NCBI GenBank assembly: GCA_965112735.1
Contig: OZ218959.1
Span: 806,001 to 870,000, forward strand
DNA from: Phaeosaccion multiseriatum
Taxonomy: Eukaryota > Protista > Ochrophyta, other classes
Direction of reading: 5' to 3'
DNA: 64,000 nt
The notes under the pieces were generated by a model. The model was not told the DNA's origin and made no database searches. It was given only the letters and a program-made list of their open reading frames with translations. Every line of letters starts with the position of its first letter. Within the stretch, counting starts at the first letter, position 1. This document shows positions 42,701-55,944 of the stretch, piece after piece. Made by a program: the position numbers and the translations under genes.

Positions 42701-44593
42701 CTGGCCTGGCCTGGCCTGGCCTGGCCTGGCCTGGCCTGGCCTGGCCTGGCCTGGCCTGGCCTGGCCTGGCCTGGCCTGGCCTGGCCTGGCCTGGCCTGGC
42801 CTGGCCTGGCCTGGCCTGGCCTGGCCTGGCCTGGCCTGGCCTGGCCTGGCCTGGCCTGGCCTGGCCTGGCCTGGCCTGGCCTGGCCTGGCCTGGCCTGGC
42901 CTGGCCTGGCCTGGCCTGGCCTGGCCTGGCCTGGCCTGGCCTGGCCTGGCCTGGCCTGGCCTGGCCTGGCCTGGCCTGGCCTGGCCTGGCCTGGCCTGGC
43001 CTGGCCTGGCCTGGCCTGGCCTGGCCTGGCCTGGCCTGGCCTGGCCTGGCCTGGCCTGGCCTGGCCTGGCCTGGCCTGGCCTGGCCTGGCCTGGCCTGGC
43101 CTGGCCTGGCCTGGCCTGGCCTGGCCTGGCCTGGCCTGGCCTGGCCTGGCCTGGCCTGGCCTGGCCTGGCCTGGCCTGGCCTGGCCTGGCCTGGCCTGGC
43201 CTGGCCTGGCCTGGCCTGGCCTGGCCTGGCCTGGCCTGGCCTGGCCTGGCCTGGCCTGGCCTGGCCTGGCCTGGCCTGGCCTGGCCTGGCCTGGCCTGGC
43301 CTGGCCTGGCCTGGCCTGGCCTGGCCTGGCCTGGCCTGGCCTGGCCTGGCCTGGCCTGGCCTGGCCTGGCCTGGCCTGGCCTGGCCTGGCCTGGCCTGGC
43401 CTGGCCTGGCCTGGCCTGGCCTGGCCTGGCCTGGCCTGGCCTGGCCTGGCCTGGCCTGGCCTGGCCTGGCCTGGCCTGGCCTGGCCTGGCCTGGCCTGGC
43501 CTGGCCTGGCCTGGCCTGGCCTGGCCTGGCCTGGCCTGGCCTGGCCTGGCCTGGCCTGGCCTGGCCTGGCCTGGCCTGGCCTGGCCTGGCCTGGCCTGGC
43601 CTGGCCTGGCCTGGCCTGGCCTGGCCTGGCCTGGCCTGGCCTGGCCTGGCCTGGCCTGGCCTGGCCTGGCCTGGCCTGGCCTGGCCTGGCCTGGCCTGGC
43701 CTGGCCTGGCCTGGCCTGGCCTGGCCTGGCCTGGCCTGGCCTGGCCTGGCCTGGCCTGGCCTGGCCTGGCCTGGCCTGGCCTGGCCTGGCCTGGCCTGGC
43801 CTGGCCTGGCCTGGCCTGGCCTGGCCTGGCCTGGCCTGGCCTGGCCTGGCCTGGCCTGGCCTGGCCTGGCCTGGCCTGGCCTGGCCTGGCCTGGCCTGGC
43901 CTGGCCTGGCCTGGCCTGGCCTGGCCTGGCCTGGCCTGGCCTGGCCTGGCCTGGCCTGGCCTGGCCTGGCCTGGCCTGGCCTGGCCTGGCCTGGCCTGGC
44001 CTGGCCTGGCCTGGCCTGGCCTGGCCTGGCCTGGCCTGGCCTGGCCTGGCCTGGCCTGGCCTGGCCTGGCCTGGCCTGGCCTGGCCTGGCCTGGCCTGGC
44101 CTGGCCTGGCCTGGCCTGGCCTGGCCTGGCCTGGCCTGGCCTGGCCTGGCCTGGCCTGGCCTGGCCTGGCCTGGCCTGGCCTGGCCTGGCCTGGCCTGGC
44201 CTGGCCTGGCCTGGCCTGGCCTGGCCTGGCCTGGCCTGGCCTGGCCTGGCCTGGCCTGGCCTGGCCTGGCCTGGCCTGGCCTGGCCTGGCCTGGCCTGGC
44301 CTGGCCTGGCCTGGCCTGGCCTGGCCTGGCCTGGCCTGGCCTGGCCTGGCCTGGCCTGGCCTGGCCTGGCCTGGCCTGGCCTGGCCTGGCCTGGCCTGGC
44401 CTGGCCTGGCCTGGCCTGGCCTGGCCTGGCCTGGCCTGGCCTGGCCTGGCCTGGCCTGGCCTGGCCTGGCCTGGCCTGGCCTGGCCTGGCCTGGCCTGGC
44501 CTGGCCTGGCCTGGCCTTGGCCTGGCCTGGCCTGGCCTGGCCTGGCCTGGCCTGGCCTGGCCTGGCCTGGCCTGGCCTGGCCTGGCCTGGCCT
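39744..44593. repeat. (CCTGG)n pentamer array, about 970 copies; probably mis-basecalled telomeric (CCCTAA)n
   Basis: Almost perfect CTGGC repeat with rare CCCTGG units, at a contig start directly distal to (CCCTAA)n. Confidence 0.9.
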
Positions 44594-44656
44594 AACGGTG
44601 TGCCTCTCGACCTCTAACTCGGACCCCTATTTTGACAACTTAAGCGAACAAGCCTT

Positions 44657-44761
44657 TAACCCTAACCCTAACCCTAACCCTAACCCTAACCCTAACCCTA
44701 ACCCTAACCCTAACCCTAACCCTAACCCTAACCCTAACCCTAACCCTAACCCTAACCCTAA
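44657..44761. repeat. Telomeric repeat (CCCTAA/TTAGGG), about 17.5 copies
   Basis: Perfect TAACCC array; C-rich on the + strand, which is left chromosome-end orientation. Confidence 0.95.
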
Positions 44762-44772
44762 GTTAGGCCACA

Positions 44773-46857
44773 GGCCTGTTCAACCCCACAGAGGCCCATG
44801 TTCAACCCCGCCGAGCACACCATAGACGGAGCACAGACTCATTACGACCATGGTGGGACCATTTCAACCCCACCGGCCCACACAAGGCATTGTTCAACCC
44901 TCCCGTGTCGAAATCAGGCCCAGATTGCCCACCGGGGGCCACAGATGGGCCTGTTCAACCCCACAGAGGCCCATGTTCAACCCCGCCGAGCACACCATAG
45001 ACGCCTCGCAGACCCATTGCGACCATGGTGGGACCATTTCAACCCCACCGGCCCACACAAGGCATTGTTCAACCCTCCCGTGCCGAAATCAGGCCCAGAT
45101 TGCCCACCGGGGGCCACAGATGGGCCTGTTCAACCCCACAGAGGCCCATGTTCAACCCCGCCGAGCACACCATAGACGCTGCGCAGACTCATTGCGACCA
45201 TGGTGGGACCATTTCAACCCCACCGGCCCACACAAGGCATTGTTCAACCCTCCCGTGCCGAAATCAGGCCCAGATTGCCCACCGGGGGCCACAGATGGGC
45301 CTGTTCAACCCCACAGAGGCCCATGTTCAACCCCGCCGAGCACACCATAGACGGAGCGTAGACGCATTGCGACCATGGTGGGACCACTTCAACCCCGCCG
45401 GCCCACACAAGGCATTGTTCAACCCTCCCGTGTCGAAATCAGGCCCAGATTGCCCACCGGGGGCCACAGATGGGCCTGTTCAACCCCACAGAGGCCCATG
45501 TTCAACCCCGCCGAGCACACCATAGACGCATCGCAGACCCATTGCGACCATGGTGGGACCACTTCAACCCCACCGGCCCACACAAGGCATTGTTCAACCC
45601 TCCCGTGTCGAAATCAGGCCCAGATTGCCCACCGGGGGCCACAGATGGGCCTGTTCAACCCCACAGAGGCCCATGTTCAACCCCGCCGAGCACACCATAG
45701 ACGCATCGCAGACCCATTGCGACCATGGTGGGACCACTTCAACCCCACCGGCCCACACAAGGCATTGTTCAACCCTCCCGTGTCGAAATCAGCCCCAGAT
45801 TGCCCACCGGGGGCCACAGATGGGCCTGTTCAACCCCACAGAGGCCCATGTTCAACCCCGCCGAGCACACCATAGACGCCGCGCAGACTCATTGCGACCA
45901 TGGTGGGACCATTTCAACCCCACCGGCCCATGGAAGCGATTGTTCAACCCTCCCGTGTCGAAATCAGGCCCAGATTGCCCACCGGGGGCCACAGATGGGC
46001 CTGTTCAACCCCACAGAGGCCCATGTTCAACCCCGCCGAGCACACCATAGACGCCGCGCAGCCTCATTGCGACCATGGTGGGACCACTTCAACCCCACCG
46101 GCCCATGGAAGCGATTGTTCAACCCTCCCGTGTCGAAATCAGGCCCAGATTGCCCACCGGGGGCCACAGATGGGCCTGTTCAACCCCACAAATGCCCATG
46201 TTCAACCCCGCCGAGCACACCATAGACGCCGCGCAGACTCATTGCGACCATGGTGGGACCATTTCAACCCCACCGGCCCGTGGAAGCGATTGTTCAACCC
46301 TCCCGTGCCGAAATCAGGCCCAGATTGCCCACCGGGGGCCACAGATGGGCCTGTTCAACCCCACAGAGGCCCATGTTCAACCCCGCCGAGCGCACCATAG
46401 ACTTATCGCAGCCTCATTGCGACCATGGTGGGACCATTTCAACCCCACCGGCCCACACAAGGCATTGTTCAACCCTCCCGTGTCGAAATCAGGCCCAGAT
46501 TGCCCACCGGGGGCCACAGATGGGCCTGTTCAACCCCACAGAGGCCCATGTTCAACCCCGCCGAGCACACCATAGACGCCGCGCAGACTCATTGCGACCA
46601 TGGTGGGACCATTTCAACCCCACCGGCCCATGGAAGCGATTGTTCAACCCTCCCGTGCCGAAATCAGGCCCAGATTGCCCAACGGGGGGGGGGCACAGAT
46701 GGGTCTGTTCAACCCCACAGAGGCCCATGTTCAACCCCGCCGAGCACACCCTAGATGCCGCGCAGACTCATTGAGACCATGGTGGGACCATTTCAACCCC
46801 ACCGGCCCATGGAAGCGATTGTTCAACCCTCCCGTGCCGAAATCAGGCCCAGATTGC
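44773..46857. repeat. Subtelomeric 175-bp tandem satellite, about 12 units
   Basis: Period of 175 bp (e.g. gaccatggtgggacc recurs every 175 bp); four TTCAACCC motifs per unit. Confidence 0.93.
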
Positions 46858-46859
46858 GC

Positions 46860-47311
46860 AGGAGGAGGAGGAGGAGGAGGAGGAGGAGGAGGAGGAGGAG
46901 GAGGAGGAGGAGGAGGAGGAGGAGGAGGAGGAGGAGGAGGAGGAGGAGGAGGAGGAGGAGGAGGAGGAGGAGGAGGAGGAGGAGGAGGAGGAGGAGGAGG
47001 AGGAGGAGGAGGAGGAGGAGGAGGAGGAGGAGGAGGAGGAGGAGGAGGAGGAGGAGGAGGAGGAGGAGGAGGAGGAGGAGGAGGAGGAGGAGGAGGAGGA
47101 GGAGGAGGAGGAGGAGGAGGAGGAGGAGGAGGAGGAGGAGGAGGAGGAGGAGGAGGAGGAGGAGGAGGAGGAGGAGGAGGAGGAGGAGGAGGAGGAGGAG
47201 GAGGAGGAGGAGGAGGAGGAGGAGGAGGAGGAGGAGGAGGAGGAGGAGGAGGAGGAGGAGGAGGAGGAGGAGGAGGAGGAGGAGGAGGAGGAGGAGGAGG
47301 AGGAGGAGGAG
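46860..47311. repeat. Perfect (GGA)n, about 150 copies
   Basis: Uninterrupted trinucleotide tract. Confidence 0.97.
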
Positions 47312-47752
47312 TTGCTAAGTGTCTCCCTTACACCCACCAAGGCTGCCCTATGGAGGGGGGGGGCTTCGAGAGTGAAGAATTTTCACTCAACGGAGAGCGG
47401 CGCACAACGCCCACCGGTAGCTGTCAGAGAGGATGAGGTGATACAGGCCGACGAACAACCACAGCTTCAATCAGGAGCTTCAATCAGGAGCTTAATCAAG
47501 CGAATATACGACGATAAGCACATACGCACAATGATAAAGATCGCTGGGGAACTTGGTTGTGATTGCTCAACAAGGTCATGCCGGGAAAGGTTTGTCCCCG
47601 CGTTTTGTGCTTTGGGCCGAAATCTGTGAATGTCCCCCACCCCTCAGAGAGAGAGACAGCGCGCGAGCCAAAATGTCACTCTTTGCTGTATTCCAAAAGA
47701 GCTTTACTACGCTATGACCAAGCCCTCTCTCGCCCCCCCTCCGCCGCTCGGC

Positions 47753-50700
47753 TCAGCCCTCGGTGGCTGCGGCTGGCTCAAAGTTGATGAAGCGGAAGAG
47801 CTTCTGCCCCGGCCCTGCTCCGATCATGCCCTTCATCTCTGCCTCACTCAGCAAAGTCAGGGCGGCCATGCTTTCCACCTAAAGCCAGGAAGGGAGCACG
47901 CACCAAATACAGCCAGGCACAGAGAGGGAGAGAGAGGAGAGAGGTGTGTGTGAGAGAAAGACAGTGAGTGGGGCGATGAAGTGACCACATTCACGAACAT
48001 CGGCAGCATTTCTTCAGCTGGCACTGGCAGTCCCTGAGGAAGAGTTCCCCCTGCCTCTCCTCTCCCCACCTGGCGCATGATGACGGGGCAGTTGGAGGCG
48101 GTCACTCCAGGGAGGCGCAGGAGCATGCTCCGCGCAGCCGCGTTGGGGACTCGAACTGTTGGAGGACGAACACACAACGAGAGAGGGGGGGGGGGGGGGA
48201 TAGAGAGGGAGAAACAGACACAGAGAGAGAGAAAGAAAGAGAGGCCGAGATGAATGAGGTATGGACGCGTTAGTTGAGTTTGGCGTTGTTGGTGCCTGTC
48301 CATCAAGACTCCCCCTTGCACACACAAGCACACACACACACGCGCACACACACACACACCTGCGGCGGCCCCCACGCTCCCCCCCGCGCTGCCCCCCGCG
48401 CTGCCCGGCACCTCCAGCGAGTCCTCGTCGTCCCTCTCCCCCTCCCGCAGCAGCACGCTCTCAGGGGCCTTGCTGAGCTCCACCGCACGAGCAATGTCAG
48501 GCGCAGAGGGGTAGCGCCTGGAGGGGGGGGGGGGAGGGAGGGAGGGAGGGAGGGAGGGAGGGAGGGAAGGAGGGAGGAAGGAAGGAAGGAAGGAAGGAAG
48601 GAAGGAAGGAAGGAAGGAAGGAAGGAAGGAAGGAAGGAAGGAAGGAAGGAAGGAAGGAAGGAAGGAAGGAAGGAAGGAAGGAAGGAAGGAAGGAAGGAAG
48701 GAAGGAAGGAAGGAAGGAAGGAAGGAAGGAAGGGGGGGAGGGGGCATTGTGGGGGGACAAGGAAGGGCACGGAAGGGTTTGATAGCCGTGAGAGGAATGA
48801 TGAAGTTGAAGGTGGAAGGCCACGAAAAAACGAACAAGGAGGACAGGCCAGGTCGCTATCTCCACCTGCCCCCCCCCCCCCTTCTCCGCTTGCGTACTTC
48901 TTGAGGGCCGAGAAGAGGTCCACAGTGGCGTGCGGTGAGAGGCTCCACAGGATACTGAGCAGAAGGCAGCAGACGGATACACGTTAGGAAAGAAGGTGCA
49001 CGATTCCGAGAGGGAATGGAAGAGTCAGTCGAAGAATCAGTCCGTCAGTCCGTCACTCAGTCAGTCCATCAGTCCGTCACTCAGTCAGTCCATCAGTCAG
49101 TCAATCAGTCAAGTCAGTCGCCCACTTAATTCACTCAGGCAGCCCCACATGAATCACTGACTCACTCACTCACCGCAGGGAGGGCACGTGCATGAGCAGC
49201 AGCGTCATCTTGGAGCATATGTTGCTCACAGAAACCTCCGCGGGCACATCCCTGGAGGGCTGCAAGGAGAAGGGGCGGTCGGGGGTGAACTCGATGAGCA
49301 GGGTGGGCATCTTGTAGTGCTTCGTCATAGCCTCCGCCTGGGCAAGTGGTAGTGGATGGGGAGGAGGACGGCAGTGGACGGGGAGTGTGGATGGCAGGAG
49401 ATGGTGAGGATGGCAGTGGACTGGGAGACGGAGAGTTAGGATGAGGGGGGCAGGCCAGGGATGAGGTGGGCCCTTGTGATCGCTTCCTTCAGGAATTCAG
49501 GGAGGGGAGGGGAGGAAGCGCCGGACATTCAAGGCAACGCAGAGAGAAGACAGAGGAGAGAGGCGGGAGGAGGTTTCTGATCCCTTTCAACCAAAGTGCC
49601 GTGCAAGTCAAGTGCCGGTCCCACCTGCGCGAGGGAGACGGCACGCTCCATCGACTGCCACCCACCTGCACTACCATTCTCCCCCATCTACTGCCATCCC
49701 CTCACATGTACTACCGTCCCCCATGCCCCATACCTGCGCGAAGAGCCTTCCCGAGGCGAAGGAGCCGAAGAGGTCGGACACGCTCTTCCTCTCGATACAC
49801 AGGTCGTGCGACAGGATGTAGTCCCCCACGGCGATGGTCTTGAGCACGAGGCGCGTGCCCGCCTTGTACAACAGCATGGGAAGGGAGCTGCGGCTCTCGC
49901 GGATGTCCACCAGCACCGTGCCACCCACTGCATAGAGAGTAAGGGGGTGGATGGTAAGGCAGTGGGTGGCAGTGGATGGGGGGGGGAAGAAAGAGGAGGG
50001 GGGGGAGCCTTAAAAGGAGGAGGGGGAAGCGACAGAAGGTGGCAGTGGACAGTGGATGGCGGGTCAAGGTGTTCGCCTCTGCTTGAAGAGAGCATACACG
50101 ATTGATCTCATCACAGCAAGCGAAGCAAAGCTGTAGCAAGCTACTAGCTGGCCTCCCTCCGAGGCAAGTCTCCATCCCCTCTGGCTCCCCACACTGCTCC
50201 GTTGCTCACCCTGGGATTGCACCTTGCCGCCCTTGCGCGTGCTGAAGTTGGAGATGGAGCTGCTGCCCGTGCTCTGCCCTCTGCGCACCGTTCGAGTGTC
50301 CATGTCGAGGTGGTCGCCATCTGGGGGGGAAGGGGGGCAAGAGCGGGGTTCTCTTGTATCACCAACTGCAGGAGCATGCACGGGGCGTGTGGGTCGCACG
50401 ATGGCCCACTACGATCGTAGGTCGTCTCTCCCCCCCACTCCCTCCCTCTCTTGACTCACCAGTATGGGCTCCTTTGGGCGCGTCTTGCTGCTCGGGAGCG
50501 AGCAACATGTGCGATTTCAGCTTGATGAGTTCTTGAAACGCATCGTTCTCGCGCTGTGTGGAGAGCTGAAAGCGCCTCTCCTCCATACTGCTCTCGTACA
50601 CAATGTAGTACACCTGTGGAGGGGGTGTACGGGGGGTGTAGGGTAGGGGGTGAGGGACGAAGCAGCCCTCGCCAGGCCTTATCTGCCTCTGCGTCGCTGC

Positions 50701-53700
50701 TCCTGCCGGCCCGGACCTTGACACAAAAACGCCTCTGCTCGCCTCTGCTCTGCCGTCCTCACCTCGAGAACGGACTCCTCCTGCCGCTCCCCGCCCCCGC
50801 TCTCCTCCCCCTCGGTGCCCTTTCCGTCCGAGTCGTCATCGCTCAGCAACATCTTCTCGCCCCCCCCTCGCCCTGCTCGTCCTCTGGCGGCTTCCTCCTC
50901 TACCCTTTCCCGCTCGAGCTTCCTGAGTGCGAAGTGGAGCTCAATTTCCCTGATAAAGGCCTTGTTGAGGTCGTACATGATGACGTGCCTGGGCTGCAGC
51001 TCGTCAAGCACGCTCAGGCTCTGCTTGGCGGCGTCGTACGTCTGAATCACCACATGCATGGGCGGCAAAGGCTCGAACACGCGACGGCCTCTCCCTGTCC
51101 CTCTCCCTGGCTTGTCAGGCGTGCCCGCCTCCCTCTCCCTCTCCCTCTCCCACACCTGCAGTACCCCTCCGTCGCTGTCCTCCTCCTCCTGCCCTTGTCC
51201 GACAGCGGCCTCCAAGCCCCGCTCCACCTCCGCAGACACGTCCTGCAGGCTCAGCGTTTGTCCGTCCTGATACGGCCAGCGAGAGGGAGAGGGGGGCACC
51301 GCAGCAGTTGGTCATACATCAGCGGGGGAGGGGACTGGAGGAATGCGTAACCTTCCTTCCCTTACCGTCTCGGCCCCCTCCCTCCCACTCCCTCCGTCTC
51401 TCTCCCTCCCCCCTTACCTCTCTGTCCAGCCCCCCTGTCGAAGTCCTCCTCCTCTTGCGGCTTCCCCCCCGCCCCGCTACCGCTGCCCCCCCTGGGAGTT
51501 TCTCTCGGGCCTTGACCTTGGCAATGCCCGCCCTGCCCTTGCCCTTGTCCTTGCCCTGCCTCTTGGTCTTGCCATTCTCTACTACCTTGGCAGCTCTCGA
51601 GGCTTTGGAGGATGCCCCAGAGCTGCTCACCCCAGAGCCCTCGCGGGTCTCCGAGTCGTCCTCCACTTCCACCTCCAAGTCCGTCTCACTCCCACTCTCA
51701 CTCTCGAGCACGTCCTCCTCCTCTTCCTCCATCATCATCGTCCTCCCCCTTACCGTCTCGGCCCTCTCCGCGGTACAAGAAGCGCCCCTCCCTCCGCCCC
51801 TCCCCATGCTCGTCTTGAGCTCTTCCTTGAGGCGCTGCTCCTGTGCCCGCAGCAGCTCCCTCTCCAGGGCCGCGGAGAGGGGAGTCGCCTTGGCCTTGGC
51901 ATTGGCATTGGCTACCGTCGATTTAGACGCCACGCCGTCTACACCCCCCTTGCCTGCTGCTCCTCCTCCTCCTCCTCTTCCTGCTGCTGCTGCTTCATTT
52001 CTCGGGGCGCTGGTGGTGCTCTTCTTCACTGATATGGCGTACGGATTCACTACCCCACCGCCCCTGGGCTTCGCTGCGGCTGCGCCTCCTGAGCCTCCCC
52101 CTCCCCCTCCCCCTCCGCCCGGAACTGGACCTGCTGGAGCCGTCGAAGTTGCAGCGGGGTCCGGCCTGCTACTGACGGCACCGCTGTTGGCGTTACCAAT
52201 GGTACCACTGCTACTTACGGCACCGCTGCTACTTACTGCACCGCTGTTGGTGCCAACAATGGCGCTGCTGCTAACGGCACTAACGTCACAGCTGTTGGCG
52301 CTCTTGGTCTTGGCCGCAACTTCCTTCTCCACTTGGGCTCTATGGGCGGCTTCATCGCCTCCCTCCCCCTCTCGACGCAGCTCCTTCCCCTCACTGCCAG
52401 GCGTTACCCCAGAGGTCCCCTCCCCCGCATCGCCACCGCTAGCGGTATCCTTCGAATCACTGCCGCGCCCCCCGGCGGCCGCTCCTTCCCCTGAAAGGCC
52501 ATCGCCCCCCCCCTCCTTCTCCGGTCCGGTGCTCCTGTGCTGTTGCCGTGAGACGTTGCCTCCGTCCTCGCTTCTGCTGGCAGACGCGTTCTCCTTTTTC
52601 CTCTCCCCACTGCCCACCCCTGTGTCCGCCTCACTCCTCTTCCCTTTCTGTTCTTCCGCCTTGTCGTCCTTCTCCTCATCATCATCATCCGCATCGTCAT
52701 CCTGGTCACTGTCGTCGCCCACCTCCACGGCAGCAGCGGCAGTGGCCCCCTCCCGGCTGCCCCCCTCCCGGCTGCCCCCCTCCCCCTCCCCCTTCTTTCC
52801 GTGCCCTTTGCTCTCTCCAAGCAGGCTGCGGCGCTGCCCCTTCCACCCCGGATACGCCGCTCTCTTCCCCTGCATTCCCTGCTTGCCCTGCTTGCCCTGC
52901 TTGCCCTGCTTGTGCTGCGCCCCCCCCCCCCCCTTCTTATTGCCCCACTTGCCCCCGCCCTGGCGTCTCTTCCGCTGCTGCTCCGCTCGGTTCGCTCGTT
53001 TGTTGTACGTCCTCAAGAAAGGCATGTACACCTGTGAATGATGAGAGGAGAGGAGAGACACGCGACACACGAGCCTTTGCCTTTGCAGTCAATCGCCGCA
53101 CTGTGCAAGCCTCTACTCTCTCTCTCTCTTTCTCTGCCCCCAAAGAATGGGCCTCCCTGTGGACCCCCAACCAACTCCACATGCACCCACCTGCAGCATG
53201 GCGCTCCTCTTGCCGTGCGTGAGCACCTCCTTCAGCAGCCGGCACGTCCGCTCGTCGTTCACCATGACCAGCACCCGCGCGCCTCCCACCCCGTCGCCTC
53301 CTCGCCCTCCGACCCTCTCCCTCCCCTTCTTGGCCCGTTGGTTCTTCGCAGCAGCCGTCGCCAGCTCCTCCAAGAGACTCTCCAACACGCTCCACTTGGG
53401 GGTGTCCTCGAGCACGACGTCGCAGCGCCACCCCTTCAGCGACACGCTCCCCACTCCGCCCGTCCTCACTCCCCCCCCCTCGCCCCTTTGTCCGCCGTCT
53501 TCCGCTTCCCCCTCCCGTTGGCGCTTCCCCCCCTTACCCTTGCTTTTGCCGTTGGCCTTGCCCTTGTGCCCTCCCTTGCCTCCTCTTGCCTTGCTGCTCT
53601 TGAAGGCCTCCAGCTGCGCCTCTTGCTCCTCATTGACAAGCTTGTACACTCTGTCCTTGGCGCGCTCAAAGATCCTGTCCCCCGCCTCCGTGCCGATCCA

Positions 53701-55000
53701 GAAGGAGGGGCAGGTCTGGTCCTTGTTGCCTCCCTTGATGAGCTGTAGCGCATTGTAGAAGGTCACTGCGTCGTACCGCACCAGGAAGTCGAAGAGCCCG
53801 CGCAGCGTCCTGAGGTCGTCCACCAGCTAAGAGAGGGCAACACGCACGCACACACACCCACAACCACACACGCACACACACAAGAAGCCAGGTATGCTTA
53901 GCATGCCGGGCGAGAGCACTGGAAGGGAAGAGGGGAGGGGAAAAACATGTGTGCCTGGTGCCTCCTCCTCCTCCTCCTTGTCTCTCCCTCCGTCCCACTG
54001 CCATGCTTCCTGCACACCCCAAGTTGGGCACATATTCACATACACACAAGCACACCCGTACCTGCTTGGTCCTCGGCGACACTTGTCCCCACTCCTGCCT
54101 GAGCTGGCTGCGGATGGAGGCGTCGAAGGCCTTGAAAATGCCGTTATCCACCGTGAGCTCGGCGGCGTCGAGCTGCGGGGCGGCCTTCTTGAGCTCGGAC
54201 AGACAGCCATCCAGCGCCACCGTGATCTGCAGTGCGGTGCGGCAGAGCAGTCCAAAGGGGGGAGGCGCAGGGGTGGGTGGGCGCACATTCCCGCGGGAGT
54301 GAGGGTCCAGCAGACGAGCAGCACTCATACTGATCAGACAAGACACGCTCCCTGTTGCGGCTGTTGCCCCCATTTGTCTCTCTCTCCCTCCTTCCCTCAA
54401 GGGAATGCAGTCAGTCCATGCACTACCGTCTGCCCCGTCCTTCCACTCACCGCCTCCTGCACCGCCATCATGGGCTCCGTGAGCGACACGCTCATCTCAA
54501 TGACGTCAACAAGGCGACCTCGACACAGAAAGTCGCTGACACTAGCCTGGAATCGAGGCCACAGGTACAGCCTGCGCACGGTGAGCGTCCGCAGGGCTTT
54601 CTCCGCCTTGTTGAAGCTCCCTCGCGCCAGGGATTCCGCGTCGTCCGTGAAGGCCTTCACAAAGCCGCCACTGCCACCGCCACCCACCCCGCCGATACCA
54701 CCATTGGCTGCCATCCCGCCGCCATTGCACTTGTCCCGAAACAGCATGAGCACAAAGGCCACAGTGGACGTCTCCGTCACCTTGTGAGCGTGGTGCACGA
54801 GAAAGCCCGAGATGGTTTCCGCATCCACGTCGTCGTGCAGGAGGTCCGCGCCGATGATACGGGCCGTGACCACAAAGCAGCCGCCCTGCGTGTACATTAC
54901 TTTGCGCTGCGCCAGAGTACACTCCTTGCTGTTGATAACCTGCGACGGCAGCACACAGACACGCGTGGTGGGTGGAGGGGTGAGAATTCAGAGAAAGAAA

Positions 55001-55080
<80 letters not shown>

Positions 55081-55569
55081 CAGAGAGAGAGACAGACAAG
55101 GGGCGGAACGTCTGCTTTCCCCTACTCTTGCTGTTTTCCTTCCGTCTTGTCTACTGCTGTGCCTCCCAACCCTCCCTTCCACCTTGTCTACTGCCTCCCA
55201 GCCCTTTGCCTTTTCCTCCCCCTGCCCCTCTCCTCCCTCCCATTCCTCTTCCTTGCCTCTTCCTCTGACCTGCGGCAGCTCATCCGGCCCCAAGCCCTCC
55301 GCCCGCAGCGCTTCCATCAGTAGTCCCACGTCATCCTCCGTGGCGTTGAGGAGGAACACCAACTTCCTCCTCTTGCTGCTGCTGCTTTTGCTCTCGCCCC
55401 CGGTGCGGTCCGCCGCCCCCAGCGTGCATGGTGCTGTTCCTGCTCCCCCCTCCGTCGCGAAGTAGTACATGATCATGGTAATGAGGTGCTGAAGACCCAT
55501 TCCCTTGCCCATCACCAGCAAGCCGTCCTCCGCCAGCAACTGGTCGAAGCACTCCCTTAAATAGGTCAT
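47753..55569 (-). CDS. XPF: DNA repair endonuclease XPF (ERCC4/Rad1/UVH1), about 14 exons
   Basis: N-terminus EDGLLVMGKGMGL; FVKAFTDDAE, LYLWPRF, LVRYDAVTFY, LEDTPKW; ERCC4 motif VDIRE...GDYILSHDLCIERKSVSDL; HhH LLRLPGV; last exon 47878-47753. Approximate exons include 55569-55270, 54939-54451, 54226-54062, 53826-53191, 53031-51418, 51266-50763 and 50613-50460, with GT-AG borders. Confidence 0.93.
48576..48731. repeat. (GGAA)n intronic microsatellite
   Basis: Tetranucleotide run inside an XPF intron. Confidence 0.9.
55005..55095. repeat. (GA)n intronic microsatellite
   Basis: Dinucleotide run in XPF intron 1. Confidence 0.9.
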
Positions 55570-55944
55570 GGTCTACCTCAGGAGGGAGCTTCCTGTTTTT
55601 AAACCCGCAAGTCCTACAGGAAAGGCATTCCTCTTCTTCTCCTACTGCTCTTGCTTCTTCTCCTTCTGGAGACAACCACGACTTGGAAGGAAAGAGGGAG
55701 AGGGAGGAAGGGATGAGAAAAAAAACAAAAACAAAAGTATGGCACTCAATGGAAAGATGGCAGTTCATGGCGGAAGGCTCGATCCCGGATCCGATGTCAG
55801 CCGGATCTCAAATTACGTAACCCCCGAATTTGAGCGAGAGCGAAGGCCCTTCGTATTCAAGGGCAAGAAGGGCACACCAAAAATCGCAAAGCAAGAGAAC
55901 TGAGGGAGGAGTAGCATATATACCAGCAGCTGAGCTGTCGCGCA
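55570..55944. promoter_or_regulatory. Short divergent intergenic region (probable bidirectional promoter, XPF / dioxygenase)
   Basis: Head-to-head start codons about 375 bp apart; no specific motif identified. Confidence 0.45.

Noticed and set aside
39537-44825. 1762-aa (LAWPG)n ORF
   Set aside because: It spans an N gap and a stop-free pentamer repeat; not a gene.
44773-46857. CRISPR-like array or repeated 166-aa ORFs
   Set aside because: Units are nearly identical along their whole length with no unique spacers, there are no cas genes, and the context is eukaryotic. The ORFs are a by-product of the 175-bp period.
51308-53041. 577-aa plus-strand ORF
   Set aside because: It is the antisense shadow of the low-complexity XPF exon.
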